Assembly (NCBI GenBank): GCA_964435575.1
Contig: CAYSZS010000002.1
Location: 762 to 64,761 of the forward strand
Source: an uncultured Gammaproteobacteria bacterium
GTDB taxonomy: Bacteria; Patescibacteriota; Microgenomatia; UBA8517
Length of the DNA stretch: 64,000 nt
Direction of reading: 5' to 3'
Below the pieces are notes generated by a model. It saw nothing but the letters and a program-made list of their open reading frames with translations. It had not been told where the DNA came from and made no database searches. Within the stretch, counting starts at the first letter, position 1; each line of letters starts with the position of its first letter. The position numbers were made by a program, and so were the translations under genes. Below, piece after piece: positions 8,181 through 17,955 of this stretch.

Positions 8181-9902
8181 GTGAAGTTTATTATTGTCTC
8201 CGGTGGTGTACTATCTGGTCTCGGTAAGGGAGTAACTACGGCTTCAATTGGCCTCCTTCTTAAATCCCGCGGAATAAAAGTTACTGCCATGAAGTGTGAT
8301 ATGTACCTGAATATTGATGCTGGTACTATGAACCCTATTGAGCACGGTGAAGTCTTTGTTACCCACGACGGAGTTGAAACGGATCAAGACTTGGGTCATT
8401 ATGAACGCTTTATCAATGAAATTTTAACCAGGGAAAATTATTTGACAAACGGTCAGGTTTACAGGATTGTTTTGGACAAGGAAAGAGCTCTCGAGTACGG
8501 AGGTAAGTGCGTAGAGCCTTATCATCAAATACCTCCTGAAATAATTTTAAGATGGATTGCAGCAGGGCGAGTCCATAACGCCGACGTAGTTTTAATCGAA
8601 TTGGGCGGAACCGTTGGAGAGTATGAAGGACTTTTGTTTTTTGAAGCTGTTCGAAGAATTAAATTGAAAAGCCCCATGGATGTCATTTTGATTCATGTAG
8701 GCTATCTTCCTGTTCCTCCTTCAATCGGAGAGCTAAAATCAAAACCAATTCAACAGTCGGTTCAGATTTTAAATAGTTTAGGTTTAACGCCTGATATTAT
8801 AGTTGGGCGTGCAGAAAAAGAAATCGACCAAAAAAGGAAAGAAAAAATAGCTCTAGCATCCGGTGTTTTAGTAGAAAATATTATTTCAAACCCTGACGTT
8901 AATAGTATTTATGAAATCCCGATTGTTTTAAGAAAACAAAAGTTAGATGAAATAATTATTAAACAATTGGGTTTGAAAGCAAAAAGAGAAGATCTTCGGG
9001 ATTGGGAAATAATGCTGGAAAAATCCAAGAAAATCCGAGACGTTGTAAAAATTGGAATTGTCGGCAAATATCAAAAAACAGGTGATTATACTCTCGAAGA
9101 CAGTTACGTTTGTGTTGTTGAGAGTCTAAAACATGCAGGATTACATTTTAATGTACAACCGCGGTTTTCTTGGATTGATTCGGAAAGTTTGGAAGACTTA
9201 ACAGATTCTGAGATTAAGGATCGTTTGGGGGGAATGGATGCGATAGTGGTTCCTCAAGGGTGGGGAAGGCGTGGAGTCGAGGGGAAAATTAAAGCTGCAA
9301 AATATGCTCGGGAAAATAAACTTCCCTACCTTGGTCTTTGTTTTGGCATGCAAATGGCATCAATTGAGTTTGGCAGAAATGCCGTCGGACTTAAAAAAGC
9401 AAATTCTTCAGAGGTGGATCCAAGGACTCCTCATCCTGTTATTCATATAATGCCTAATCAACGAGATTATTTGAATAAAAAACAATATGGCGGAACGATT
9501 CGCCTTGGCGCTTGGCCCTGCGTAATTAGAAAAGGCACACTACTTGAAAAAGCTTATAAAAAATTTGGCGGAGGAAAATTCAGACCTTGGTACCAACCCA
9601 ATCCCCTGTTTAAAAACAAATCACCAATCACTAACCCGCCTGCCGGACGGGCAGGTCACGAATCACTAATCTTCGAGCGTCACCGCCACAGATACGAGTT
9701 TAATAATAAATACAAAAGGCTGTATGAAAAGAAAGGATTTGTTTTTTCAGGGACTTCACCGGACGGAAAGCTAGTTGAAGCAATTGAGTTGAAAGAACAT
9801 CCCTTTTTTGTCGGGACTCAATTCCACCCGGAATATTTGAGCCGTCCCCTATCCCCACATCCAATATTCTTATCCTTTATTGAAGCTATTGTGAATAAAT
9901 AG
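8181..9902 (+). CDS. pyrG: CTP synthase
   Basis: GGVLSGLGKG, NIDAGTMNPIEHGEVFV, GLCFGMQ, ERHRHRYE, QFHPE. Confidence 0.97.
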   Translation: MKFIIVSGGVLSGLGKGVTTASIGLLLKSRGIKVTAMKCDMYLNIDAGTMNPIEHGEVFVTHDGVETDQDLGHYERFINEILTRENYLTNGQVYRIVLDKERALEYGGKCVEPYHQIPPEIILRWIAAGRVHNADVVLIELGGTVGEYEGLLFFEAVRRIKLKSPMDVILIHVGYLPVPPSIGELKSKPIQQSVQILNSLGLTPDIIVGRAEKEIDQKRKEKIALASGVLVENIISNPDVNSIYEIPIVLRKQKLDEIIIKQLGLKAKREDLRDWEIMLEKSKKIRDVVKIGIVGKYQKTGDYTLEDSYVCVVESLKHAGLHFNVQPRFSWIDSESLEDLTDSEIKDRLGGMDAIVVPQGWGRRGVEGKIKAAKYARENKLPYLGLCFGMQMASIEFGRNAVGLKKANSSEVDPRTPHPVIHIMPNQRDYLNKKQYGGTIRLGAWPCVIRKGTLLEKAYKKFGGGKFRPWYQPNPLFKNKSPITNPPAGRAGHESLIFERHRHRYEFNNKYKRLYEKKGFVFSGTSPDGKLVEAIELKEHPFFVGTQFHPEYLSRPLSPHPIFLSFIEAIVNK

Positions 9903-9933
9903 TAAAATATACATGTATTCGTAATTATTTAAA

Positions 9934-10024
9934 CAAAATTCCGTAGGAATTTTGAGAGGAGAAATTACGAAACGATAAGCAATAAGCGTAAGCGTATTGT
10001 GATAAGTGAAGTATATTTCGACGA
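9934..10024 (+). repeat. tRNA-end-associated two-hairpin element, copy 3
   Basis: CAAAATTCC-GTA-GGAATTTTG-AGAGGA-GAAATTAC...GTATATTTC-GACGA; ends at the base before tRNA-Leu +1. Confidence 0.7.
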
Positions 10025-10112
10025 GCCGAGGTGGCGGAATTGGTAGACGCGAGGGCCTTAAGAGCCCTTGTCCCGATGGGACGTGGGGGTTCGAGTCCCC
10101 CTTTCGGCACCA
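10025..10112 (+). tRNA. tRNA-Leu(TAA)
   Basis: GCCGAGG/TTTCGGC acceptor, AGGGC-CTTAAGA-GCCCT, long variable arm, CCA. Confidence 0.95.
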
Positions 10113-10185
10113 CGGAGTGTGGCTCAGTTGGCAGAGCGCGCGCTTTGGGAGCGCGAGGTCCCCGGTTCGAATCCGGGCACTCCGA
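10113..10185 (+). tRNA. tRNA-Pro(TGG)
   Basis: CGGAGTG/CACTCCG acceptor, CGCGC-TTTGGGA-GCGCG. Confidence 0.95.
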
Positions 10186-10249
10186 CTCAATATTATTTGT
10201 TAAAAAGTTGTAAGCTTAAGCGGGCCTGCCCGCCGAAGCTTCAGCGTAG

Positions 10250-10323
10250 GCGGGATTAGTTGAGCGGTTCAACATTTGCTTTCCAAGCAAAGAAGAGGGG
10301 TTCGACTCCCCTATCCCGCTCCA
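10250..10323 (+). tRNA. tRNA-Gly(TCC)
   Basis: GCGGGAT/ATCCCGC acceptor, TTTGC-TTTCCAA-GCAAA, CCA. Confidence 0.93.
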
Positions 10324-10381
10324 CTAGCATTAAGGGACAAGCTCTGCTTATAACGCCCCCAGCTGTGCGAAGAGAAGGAAG

Positions 10382-11290
10382 TTACTTTTCTTTTCCGACT
10401 ATAATGATTACGTCGTAAGTGGAGTCTTCTTCAAGAGTAGTATCGGATTTAACGACGTCATAAGTATCTGAAAGAGCACTCCTTATTTCATCAAAGACTT
10501 TTTCGGACAAATCTTTTTTTAGACTGATAGAAGTAGCGGTATAGTCGTATGACTGGGCATTTCCGGTTGTTATTTTATCTTCCATAAAACCACTTTCTGT
10601 GAGCAAATCTTTTGCCTTCCCCGCTACCCCTGCTGTTCCGGAGCCGTTAAGAACGCTGAGAGTTAGAGTGCTTATATCAACCTCTGTCTCCGGCTCCTGA
10701 GTCGGGCTGGGCGTTGAAGTTTCCTCCTTTTCAGGAGTTTCACTAATAGATTCCTCGCTAACCGATTGTTTATAATAGAAAATTCCTCCTACCAAAGCTC
10801 CCAAGATAAGAAGAATGATTAGAGTAAAAACTATAAACTTTGTATTTGGTCCGCCTTTTTTCTCTACCTCTTTTGTCGTATCCGGTCTGACTTCTTTGAG
10901 CCACTCTTTTATTTCGTCGGAGGATACATCCTCTTTCCCCTTTCCTTTTTCCTCGGTCATTTCTTGAGTAGGTGTTTCAGATTCAGACAGATCTTCCTTT
11001 TCCTTTTGAGGCTCCGGAGTTAGAACGCTTTCACTGGACTTGGCGGCACCCTCTGCTCCTGAAGCGATATCAGACGATTTTTGAGAATCAAGCTGACTAA
11101 ATGACGTTATTTTCGGAGTATCCTGAGAAGTTGATGCTCGAAGCTTGGTTTCTTCCTCATCTCTTGGTTTTGTTTCAGCTATACTTTCCGTAGATTCTTT
11201 CGCTGGAAGTTGAGTTTCAACTTCTTCCGGTTCTTCACTTATCTCCTCTACTTTTATTTTTGGTTTTGTCGCTTTGGTTTTATCAGCCAT
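10382..11290 (-). CDS. Membrane protein with LytR C-terminal domain
   Basis: Acidic disordered N-terminus, one TM, then VLNGSGTAGVAGKAKDLL...DVIIIVG. Confidence 0.8.
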   Translation of the reverse strand: MADKTKATKPKIKVEEISEEPEEVETQLPAKESTESIAETKPRDEEETKLRASTSQDTPKITSFSQLDSQKSSDIASGAEGAAKSSESVLTPEPQKEKEDLSESETPTQEMTEEKGKGKEDVSSDEIKEWLKEVRPDTTKEVEKKGGPNTKFIVFTLIILLILGALVGGIFYYKQSVSEESISETPEKEETSTPSPTQEPETEVDISTLTLSVLNGSGTAGVAGKAKDLLTESGFMEDKITTGNAQSYDYTATSISLKKDLSEKVFDEIRSALSDTYDVVKSDTTLEEDSTYDVIIIVGKEK

Positions 11291-11370
11291 GCTTTTACCA
11301 TTGTGAAACATTTGGGGTTGCTTTGTCAATACACCTGGGATTTGATAAAATACAAGGTGTAATTATTCAA

Positions 11371-11444
11371 GGTGGTGTGTGCCGAACGGTTTAGGCGCTG
11401 CTTTGTGGAGGCAGTTTTAGCGGGTTCGACTCCCGTACACCACC
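11371..11444 (+). tRNA. tRNA-His(GTG)
   Basis: G-1 GTGGTGT/ACACCAC-C acceptor, CTGCT-TTGTGGA-GGCAG, GCGGG-TTCGACT-CCCGT. Confidence 0.9.
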
Positions 11445-11521
11445 CAAGTTTTCTAGCCTCAAGCAAATATATTGAATTATTCCTACTTAAAATCGCGCTC
11501 GAACCAAAATATAATACTTTT

Positions 11522-12211
11522 ATGCAGGTAAAGATTCTTTCCTGGAATATTTGGATTGACAGCTACTTTGATCAAATAAAAGAATTTCTTAAAAGCTCCC
11601 AGGCAGATGTTATCGGCCTTCAAGAAGTAAGAGAAGATGACCCATCGAGAGAAACGATTAAGTATCTGAACTCGTTAGGTTACCAGCTAGTATTTGCACC
11701 TACTGAGAAGGACTGGGGAGAGAAAGTTTGGAGTGATGGGCCAGCGGTCTTCACTAATTACGATATAGCGTCTTCAAAAAAATATATTTTGTCAGAAGAA
11801 GGCATGCATGCTGCTGCTCAAGCTGATATTAAAATCGGAGATAAAATATTGCATGTGTTTAGCACGCACCTCACCCACACCCACCAGAAGGACTCAGTCG
11901 CTCAACTACAGCAAGCTGAAGAACTTATGAAACACATACCATCTGAGATGTCAGTTTTAATGGGAGATTTTAATGCAACTCCAGAAAGTATCACCATACA
12001 AAGAGTGAAAACCCAGTTGGTAGATACGGATTCAAAAGACCAACCAACATGGAGTGTTTACCCCCAAGGTTGTATTATATGTAATCCTCAAGAAATAGAT
12101 TTTCGACTAGATTATATATTTACTACGAAAGATATAAAAACTCATTCTTATAAAGTTGAGGATTCTAAGGGTTCCGATCATCTACCGATTTCAGTAATTG
12201 TAGAATTATAA
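11522..12211 (+). CDS. Endonuclease/exonuclease/phosphatase family protein (start moved past tRNA-His)
   Basis: ILSWNI, IGLQEV, MGDFNA, LDYIF, GSDHLP; TATAAT just upstream of ATG 11522. Confidence 0.88.
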   Translation: MQVKILSWNIWIDSYFDQIKEFLKSSQADVIGLQEVREDDPSRETIKYLNSLGYQLVFAPTEKDWGEKVWSDGPAVFTNYDIASSKKYILSEEGMHAAAQADIKIGDKILHVFSTHLTHTHQKDSVAQLQQAEELMKHIPSEMSVLMGDFNATPESITIQRVKTQLVDTDSKDQPTWSVYPQGCIICNPQEIDFRLDYIFTTKDIKTHSYKVEDSKGSDHLPISVIVEL

Positions 12212-12353
12212 TACAGCAACATACGAGTTTTTATGAAACTCAATTTCTTTAAGTGACATGTTGTTATAATAAGTCCGAACATCGTTCGGTAGGCTACCCC
12301 AATTAGCCTCAAATGTTGTTTGACTTACCCATTAAATAGTGAAATACTGAAGT

Positions 12354-13217
12354 GTGAGACAAAAAGGTTTTGCACATTTATTTGTAATAATAGCAATTTT
12401 TATTATTGGTTTAGGAGGAGTAGGATATTCAATCTATAAAAAAACTACAGAAAGGAATCAAAGTCAACAAGTTTCTGAGACCATTCCAACAGAAGAAAAT
12501 CAAACACCCGCTTTGAGTCCAACCTCGGACCAAAAGCCGACTCCTTTGAGTAAACCAAAAATAACGTCTACAAATACACCCGTTCCAACTACACAATCTT
12601 ACAACGGAGTATGCGATGTAATCACACTTGCCGGATCAAATCCAAACGAGGTTGTACTTACATATAGTCTTACCTCCTCCGGTGGAAGGTACATGAAAGA
12701 GGCAAGATGGGATTTGAATAACGACGGACAATGGGATCATGATTTTAGCTCTTCAAATGCCCAAGTAACTACAAATTTAACTAGCGGCAATAGTAAAACT
12801 GTACGATTACAACTAAAACTCTCTGATAACACTTTTACTAACGCCTGTATAAAAAACATTTCTGCTCCATCTGGCACCTGGATTACCATCTGGGGTTATG
12901 TATTCTCGGATAATAATTGTAGCGGTTTTATGGACAGTTCAGAAAGTGGAATTGTAGATGTTCCCGTGAGGATCACCAAAATTTCAGACTATAGTACTTA
13001 TGGTACGACAAATACAGACGGCGGTGGAAAATTCTCTTACACCTCTCTTTTAAACGAACTTATAGAAATGACTGTAACAATGACTTCACCGTCGGGATAC
13101 AAAAGTCATCCCACCCACATTATAGGAAGCTCTCTAATGGGTTATGGAAAAAACACAAATGTTCAAATGAACATTCCTCAAGTTCCATACGCAAGTGTGG
13201 GTCAATGTAGTTTTTAA
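12354..13217 (+). CDS. Surface protein with pilin-like N-terminus, Pro/Thr linker and SdrD-B/prealbumin-like domain
   Basis: MRQKG-FAHL followed by a hydrophobic helix; WDLNNDG; GYVFSDNNCSGFMDSSESGI. Confidence 0.65.
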   Translation: MRQKGFAHLFVIIAIFIIGLGGVGYSIYKKTTERNQSQQVSETIPTEENQTPALSPTSDQKPTPLSKPKITSTNTPVPTTQSYNGVCDVITLAGSNPNEVVLTYSLTSSGGRYMKEARWDLNNDGQWDHDFSSSNAQVTTNLTSGNSKTVRLQLKLSDNTFTNACIKNISAPSGTWITIWGYVFSDNNCSGFMDSSESGIVDVPVRITKISDYSTYGTTNTDGGGKFSYTSLLNELIEMTVTMTSPSGYKSHPTHIIGSSLMGYGKNTNVQMNIPQVPYASVGQCSF

Positions 13218-13369
13218 GAAGTTACGAAAAATGGATAGACTTTTATATAAATAATATAATAAAACTGCTTTTCAATAGCTTCAAGCGAAACGCTAAATTC
13301 GATTTCTTTGTTCAAGAATAAGTCCTTTAGACGACTCAGGGATACAAGATTGTAAGGTTTATCTACAGG

Positions 13370-13603
13370 CTACAATCCGCGTTCGTTGTTAATTGTACCT
13401 TCAGGGTTGATTTCTTCATTGAGCCTTTTAAGATTTATGTACACTTTTCTCAAATTTTCTATCATTTTCGGTTTAAGTCCGCCGTGCATACTTTCTGAAA
13501 ATCCAGCCACTTCGTGCCAAACGGGACATTCAGGGCCGTTAATCCAATACATTTGGTGAGTTTTGAGATTGCAATTAAAACATCTTCTTATACTTGGCTG
13601 CAT
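13370..13603 (-). CDS. Small hypothetical protein, possibly Zn-binding
   Basis: RCFNC...CPVWH; fits once the next gene's start is moved to 13657. Confidence 0.4.
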   Translation of the reverse strand: MQPSIRRCFNCNLKTHQMYWINGPECPVWHEVAGFSESMHGGLKPKMIENLRKVYINLKRLNEEINPEGTINNERGL

Positions 13604-13656
13604 TTATACGCGATTATTACATTTACGGAAATATTTTGCTAATATTTATTATAACA

Positions 13657-14097
13657 ATGCAAAGTCAAACACCTACGACACAAAAACCTTCTCAAGATAA
13701 TCAAACTGCCAATTCTGATACTCAAAGTAATTTCACAATTTTAATTGTCGAGGATGATCAGGTTTTGATGAAAATGTATACCCAGAAACTGGTTTCTGAA
13801 GGTTTTAAGGTGCTAAATGCAGTCGACGGAGAGGAAGCTTTTGCTGTTTTTGTCAAAGAAAAAATCGACCTAATAATAACCGACATCATGCTTCCCAGAG
13901 TTTCGGGAATTGAGTTTTTACAAAAAATAAGGGTTACTCCAAAAGGTAAAAACGTACCTGTTATAGTTTGGTCAAACTTAATGCTGGAAGAAGAGAAGAA
14001 ACAAGCTCTTGCCCTTGGAGCCAACGAATATGTTGTCAAAGGTCAACTAAAGTTGGAGGATATGGCTGCGCTCGTCAGGAAATATATGACGAGCTAA
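13657..14097 (+). CDS. Single-domain response regulator receiver
   Basis: ILIVEDD, DIMLP, GANEYVVK. Confidence 0.9.
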   Translation: MQSQTPTTQKPSQDNQTANSDTQSNFTILIVEDDQVLMKMYTQKLVSEGFKVLNAVDGEEAFAVFVKEKIDLIITDIMLPRVSGIEFLQKIRVTPKGKNVPVIVWSNLMLEEEKKQALALGANEYVVKGQLKLEDMAALVRKYMTS

Positions 14098-14102
14098 AAA
14101 GT

Positions 14103-14381
14103 TCAGTAGTTTACGCTAAAGTGTTTATCTTTATATTTTTCGTAGGAGATAAATTTTTTTGCGACTTCCTTATCAACTTTCTGAATTTCAACTATTACTC
14201 TGTCTCTAATTTGGAGTGAGGTTACTTGGGGCTTTTCCCTTTCCAGAAGCCATGTGCTAATTCTTTCTGTTAGCTTTAGGCTAGCTACTTGATCAAGGCC
14301 AGCCGCTTTTAGTACCCTTATTATTTTTTCGGGGTTATATGCTTCTAATTTTCCGTTTCTTTTGACAACCTTAATGTCCAT
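14103..14381 (-). CDS. Stand-alone ATP-cone protein
   Basis: VVKRNGKLEAYNPEKI...VTSLQIRDRV. Confidence 0.85.
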   Translation of the reverse strand: MDIKVVKRNGKLEAYNPEKIIRVLKAAGLDQVASLKLTERISTWLLEREKPQVTSLQIRDRVIVEIQKVDKEVAKKFISYEKYKDKHFSVNY

Positions 14382-14495
14382 TTATGTTCATTTCCAAGCC
14401 TAGTTAAGTATAGCAGTATATCTTTATTGATGTAAACCCCACCGGTTTCGTTAATTGGGACTGAACTGTTTGGTGATATAATTGAACGAAATCAC

Positions 14496-16211
14496 GTGGT
14501 AACCATATACGAAAATCAGGATTTACAAGTCGAGAAAGCCGAATTGGACAGTAATAGAGATATTTCAAATAAAGATTCGTCAACTCCCGATTCCGAATCC
14601 GGACTATCGAATTTCATTGAAAAGTTCCTTTCTACGTTTGAGAAAAAACTTTCCGTTCTGAAAAAAGACGGCGAACCCACTGTTCAGGTCAGCGAGGTAT
14701 TGGGAGGCTTGGCAAGGCTTTATGAGCGTATTCGAACGACGGTTGAATATAAAGGCGAACACGTTTTAAGAAGAAATGCCATTGAGAGGATTTTAAAAAG
14801 ATTGGTTTGGCAGGAAGAGAGTGTCAGAACCGATGTAAAAAACCGTCGGGTGGCCGAATCTCTGCTGAAAGAGCTAATCTGGGCTCGCTATCTTCCCAAT
14901 AACGCCGTACCCAAAAGTATCATTGATGTTGTTGAGAGGACGGTCGATAAATACATTTATTTTTTGAGAAATCTTGACGATCTTCCCTCAGGAATTTCAG
15001 AAACCAAAGTCAGAAATTGGATTTGGGGAGTAGCATCGAGCGAGATTGAGGATATAGTTGATCCTTCTTATCGGGAGCTGTATGTGCAATTAATGTATGA
15101 CTGGTTTATTGACACTTTTAATTGGGAAGAGCCGGGACTGGATGAACACGATAAGCAAATTCAAATTTACCTGGCAATCCATAGAGCTTTCACCAAATCG
15201 GATGACTCAATAATGAGGTATCATTTGCTTTTAAAAGAGGAGCCCGATTGGCAAAACGCCGAGAGGAGTGAAATAAATAAGTTTATACTCAAATTTTCTG
15301 ATATCTATTCTGAAATAGAGGGGCACCTAAATTTTACCGGAAGACTCGCTCTTTATAGGAAAATACAAAGAAACGCTGCTGCATTTGACGTTTTTAGAGA
15401 AATTGCATCAAAAGAAAAGTTAAAGCTTAGGGAATTAATCAATAATAAAGCCAAATTTGAAGAAAGGGTAAGAAATGAGTGCGATACGAAATATAAGCAG
15501 ATGGCAAAGCGCGTGAGTACTGGAATTATAAGAAGCATAATCTATATTTTTTTGACAAAGGTCGTCTTTGCGATGCTCATTGAAATCCCTTATGAAGTTT
15601 TTATGTACGGGGACGTCCGTTATATCCCACTGGCAATTAACATGATAATCCCGCCTTCAATGATGTGGCTTATCGGCTTTTCTATCCAGGTACCGGGTGC
15701 CAAAAATACAGAAAGTATCGTAACAAGACTTTCGTCGGTTTTATACAAAGAACGTGATAAAGTGAAACAGATTTTCTCGCTCAGAAAGCTTAAACGAAAT
15801 ACAGTCCTTTCTACTTTATTCGGAATTTTATACTCTTTTATTTTTATCACGGTTTTCGGCGGTATTACCTATGTATTGACAATACTTAACTTCAGCATCT
15901 TCGGCATTTTGATCTTCTTTATGTTTTTATCTTTGGTCATGCTTTTTGCATTCAGGGTGAGATTTAACGCAAGTCAACTGAGAGTTGGAAGCGAGGACGA
16001 AGGGTTTTTAGGTCATTTAACCAGCTACTTTACTCTCCCCTTTTTAAATTTTGGATTTTATCTTTCCCGGGGTCTTGCAAAGCTCAACTTTTTTACGATA
16101 CTTTTGGATTTTTTAATAGAAATACCTTTGAAGAACATAATCGAAGTTTTTGAAGAGTGGACCTCATTTTTGAGGGAGAAAAAAGAAGAAGTGGTTGAAA
16201 TACCGGAATAA
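14496..16211 (+). CDS. Hypothetical protein with C-terminal multi-TM domain
   Basis: 571 aa; helical N-terminus (EHVLRRNAIERILKR) and 4-5 TM segments. Confidence 0.75.
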   Translation: MVTIYENQDLQVEKAELDSNRDISNKDSSTPDSESGLSNFIEKFLSTFEKKLSVLKKDGEPTVQVSEVLGGLARLYERIRTTVEYKGEHVLRRNAIERILKRLVWQEESVRTDVKNRRVAESLLKELIWARYLPNNAVPKSIIDVVERTVDKYIYFLRNLDDLPSGISETKVRNWIWGVASSEIEDIVDPSYRELYVQLMYDWFIDTFNWEEPGLDEHDKQIQIYLAIHRAFTKSDDSIMRYHLLLKEEPDWQNAERSEINKFILKFSDIYSEIEGHLNFTGRLALYRKIQRNAAAFDVFREIASKEKLKLRELINNKAKFEERVRNECDTKYKQMAKRVSTGIIRSIIYIFLTKVVFAMLIEIPYEVFMYGDVRYIPLAINMIIPPSMMWLIGFSIQVPGAKNTESIVTRLSSVLYKERDKVKQIFSLRKLKRNTVLSTLFGILYSFIFITVFGGITYVLTILNFSIFGILIFFMFLSLVMLFAFRVRFNASQLRVGSEDEGFLGHLTSYFTLPFLNFGFYLSRGLAKLNFFTILLDFLIEIPLKNIIEVFEEWTSFLREKKEEVVEIPE

Positions 16212-16350
16212 TTAAATTCCTAAATTCTAATATCTAAATCCTAAACAAATTTAAATTTTTCAAAATCAAATGTACTAAACTTATTTAAAGAATTATACTT
16301 TTGAATTTTGATATTGTTTAGAATTTGGTGCTTAGAGATTAGAGTTTTAA
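16212..16350. repeat. Imperfect inverted repeat built from heptamer-like units
   Basis: Left arm ttaaattcctaaattctaatatctaaatcctaaacaa pairs with ttgtttagaatttggtgcttagagattagagttttaa. Confidence 0.65.
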
Positions 16351-16390
16351 CTATTTTGGATAATTCGGATGCCATTCGGGTAATTTCGCA

Positions 16391-17710
16391 CTATTTCCTG
16401 CCTACAGTAAAATATGTTGGGTGATATAAAAAAGCTGCCGGGGCGTCTTCTAACAAAAAGCGCTGAAAATCAAAATATATTTTTTTCCTTTCCTCGATAT
16501 TCAGTTCCTTTCTTCCATCCTCTAAAAGTTTATCGATTCTGGGATTAGTGTATTTGGTAATGTTTGTTGCGCTCTGAGTCGAATGCCATAGAGGGTATTG
16601 GTCGGGATCTTTGGGCATATCAAGAATCGTTAAGTAGGCCTGAAATTCGCTGGGTATGATTGATGATACCTGTACCAGAGATTTAACCCCAACTTCTTCC
16701 CAGTTTTTTGATATTTGTTCGGCGGTTGGCAGTAAGTGTGCAGCACTTACTAATTTTATTTCTAAATTTTTCTTTGCTTCTAACTCCAGTTCATCTATGA
16801 GCTCCTGAGCCCTATTGGGATCATACGAGTACTCTTTTACTTGGGGATTAAAAGCCCATGAGTTAGGTGAGATTGGGCCTAGAGACCTTTCCCCGAAACT
16901 TTCTTTATTGATTGCATAGGTTAAGGCTTGTCTTATTGCCTTTTCAGAAAGTAATGAGTCTTGGGTGTTAAAAAAAAGTACGACGGCCTGATTTTTATCA
17001 GAGCTTGTAACAACTTCTGCATTTTTCCAAGTATCAAACGGTTGTGGATGCAATAAGCCCTGAAGATTATCCACCTCTCCCAGTTTATATGCGAGTTTGG
17101 TTCTTTCGATAGTCGGATAAAACTTGAATATTTTTTTGTCTTTAGCAGCGTTAACAAGAGTGATTGTTTCTACAAAGCTTCCTGAAACCAAAATATTTTC
17201 GACTTTCCATTCTCCTACTCCAAGTAGGCCTTTTCTAAAAGTTGGTTTTGAGACCGCTGCGGGGAAAGGCACGTAAGGTTCTTTGAGTTTAAAAATGATT
17301 GTTGACGCGTCTGGTTTTTCGATTTCTACATCGGAAAACTCGTAAAGCAGGCTTTGGCTCTCGACCGTTTTTCCGTCCTGCCAAAGCGTGTCTTTTTTAA
17401 GATGGAAAATCCAAGTTTTCCCTTTATCGGGTGTTTCCCATGAAGAGGCCAGGCTGGGTTCGATTATGCCCTCTTCCCCGGTCTTGGTCAGACCATCGCT
17501 GACCAAGTCTAATATCTCTTCGGGTAAATTGTCTGAATGGTAGCGACCCATTACGCCAATCCTTTCTGTTTTCCCCTTGAGCATTGTTAAGCTAATTAGT
17601 CTGGCTAGAAAAAATATGGCAATGCCCATGATTATTCCAAGAAAAATTAGACCTTTGAAGCGAGAAAGATAGGCAAAAACCAGTCTAAGAGAAAAGCGAA
17701 AGCTTGCCAT
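16391..17710 (-). CDS. ABC transporter substrate-binding protein, family 5
   Basis: LASSWETPDKGKTWIFHLKK, IRQALTYAINK, YTNPRIDKLLEDGR. Confidence 0.88.
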   Translation of the reverse strand: MASFRFSLRLVFAYLSRFKGLIFLGIIMGIAIFFLARLISLTMLKGKTERIGVMGRYHSDNLPEEILDLVSDGLTKTGEEGIIEPSLASSWETPDKGKTWIFHLKKDTLWQDGKTVESQSLLYEFSDVEIEKPDASTIIFKLKEPYVPFPAAVSKPTFRKGLLGVGEWKVENILVSGSFVETITLVNAAKDKKIFKFYPTIERTKLAYKLGEVDNLQGLLHPQPFDTWKNAEVVTSSDKNQAVVLFFNTQDSLLSEKAIRQALTYAINKESFGERSLGPISPNSWAFNPQVKEYSYDPNRAQELIDELELEAKKNLEIKLVSAAHLLPTAEQISKNWEEVGVKSLVQVSSIIPSEFQAYLTILDMPKDPDQYPLWHSTQSATNITKYTNPRIDKLLEDGRKELNIEERKKIYFDFQRFLLEDAPAAFLYHPTYFTVGRK

Positions 17711-17721
17711 AAAATAAATTT

Positions 17722-17934
17722 TTATAGGGTTACCGAAAGAATTGAGAAAATCAGAAAGAGACCGGATAGGATAAAGGTCAATCTGAATACTACCTTTTCA
17801 AGGCCTCTTCTGGTAAAGGAAGGGGTAGATCCGCCCCCCCCTCGTGCAAATCCCGTTCCACGAGACTGAAGAAGAATGAGAACGCAAAGACTAATCGAAA
17901 GAAATATTTGGAATATTAGTAAAATTGAACTCAT
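17722..17934 (-). CDS. secG: Preprotein translocase subunit SecG
   Basis: LILLQSRGTG...TRRGLEK with two TMs. Confidence 0.88.
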   Translation of the reverse strand: MSSILLIFQIFLSISLCVLILLQSRGTGFARGGGGSTPSFTRRGLEKVVFRLTFILSGLFLIFSILSVTL

Positions 17935-17955
17935 ATAACAGTATTATATATTAAA

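Noticed and set aside
9870-10259. Short ORFs over tRNA clusters (also 2312-2500, 4786-5139, 7815-8024)
   Set aside because: Shadow translations of tRNA genes
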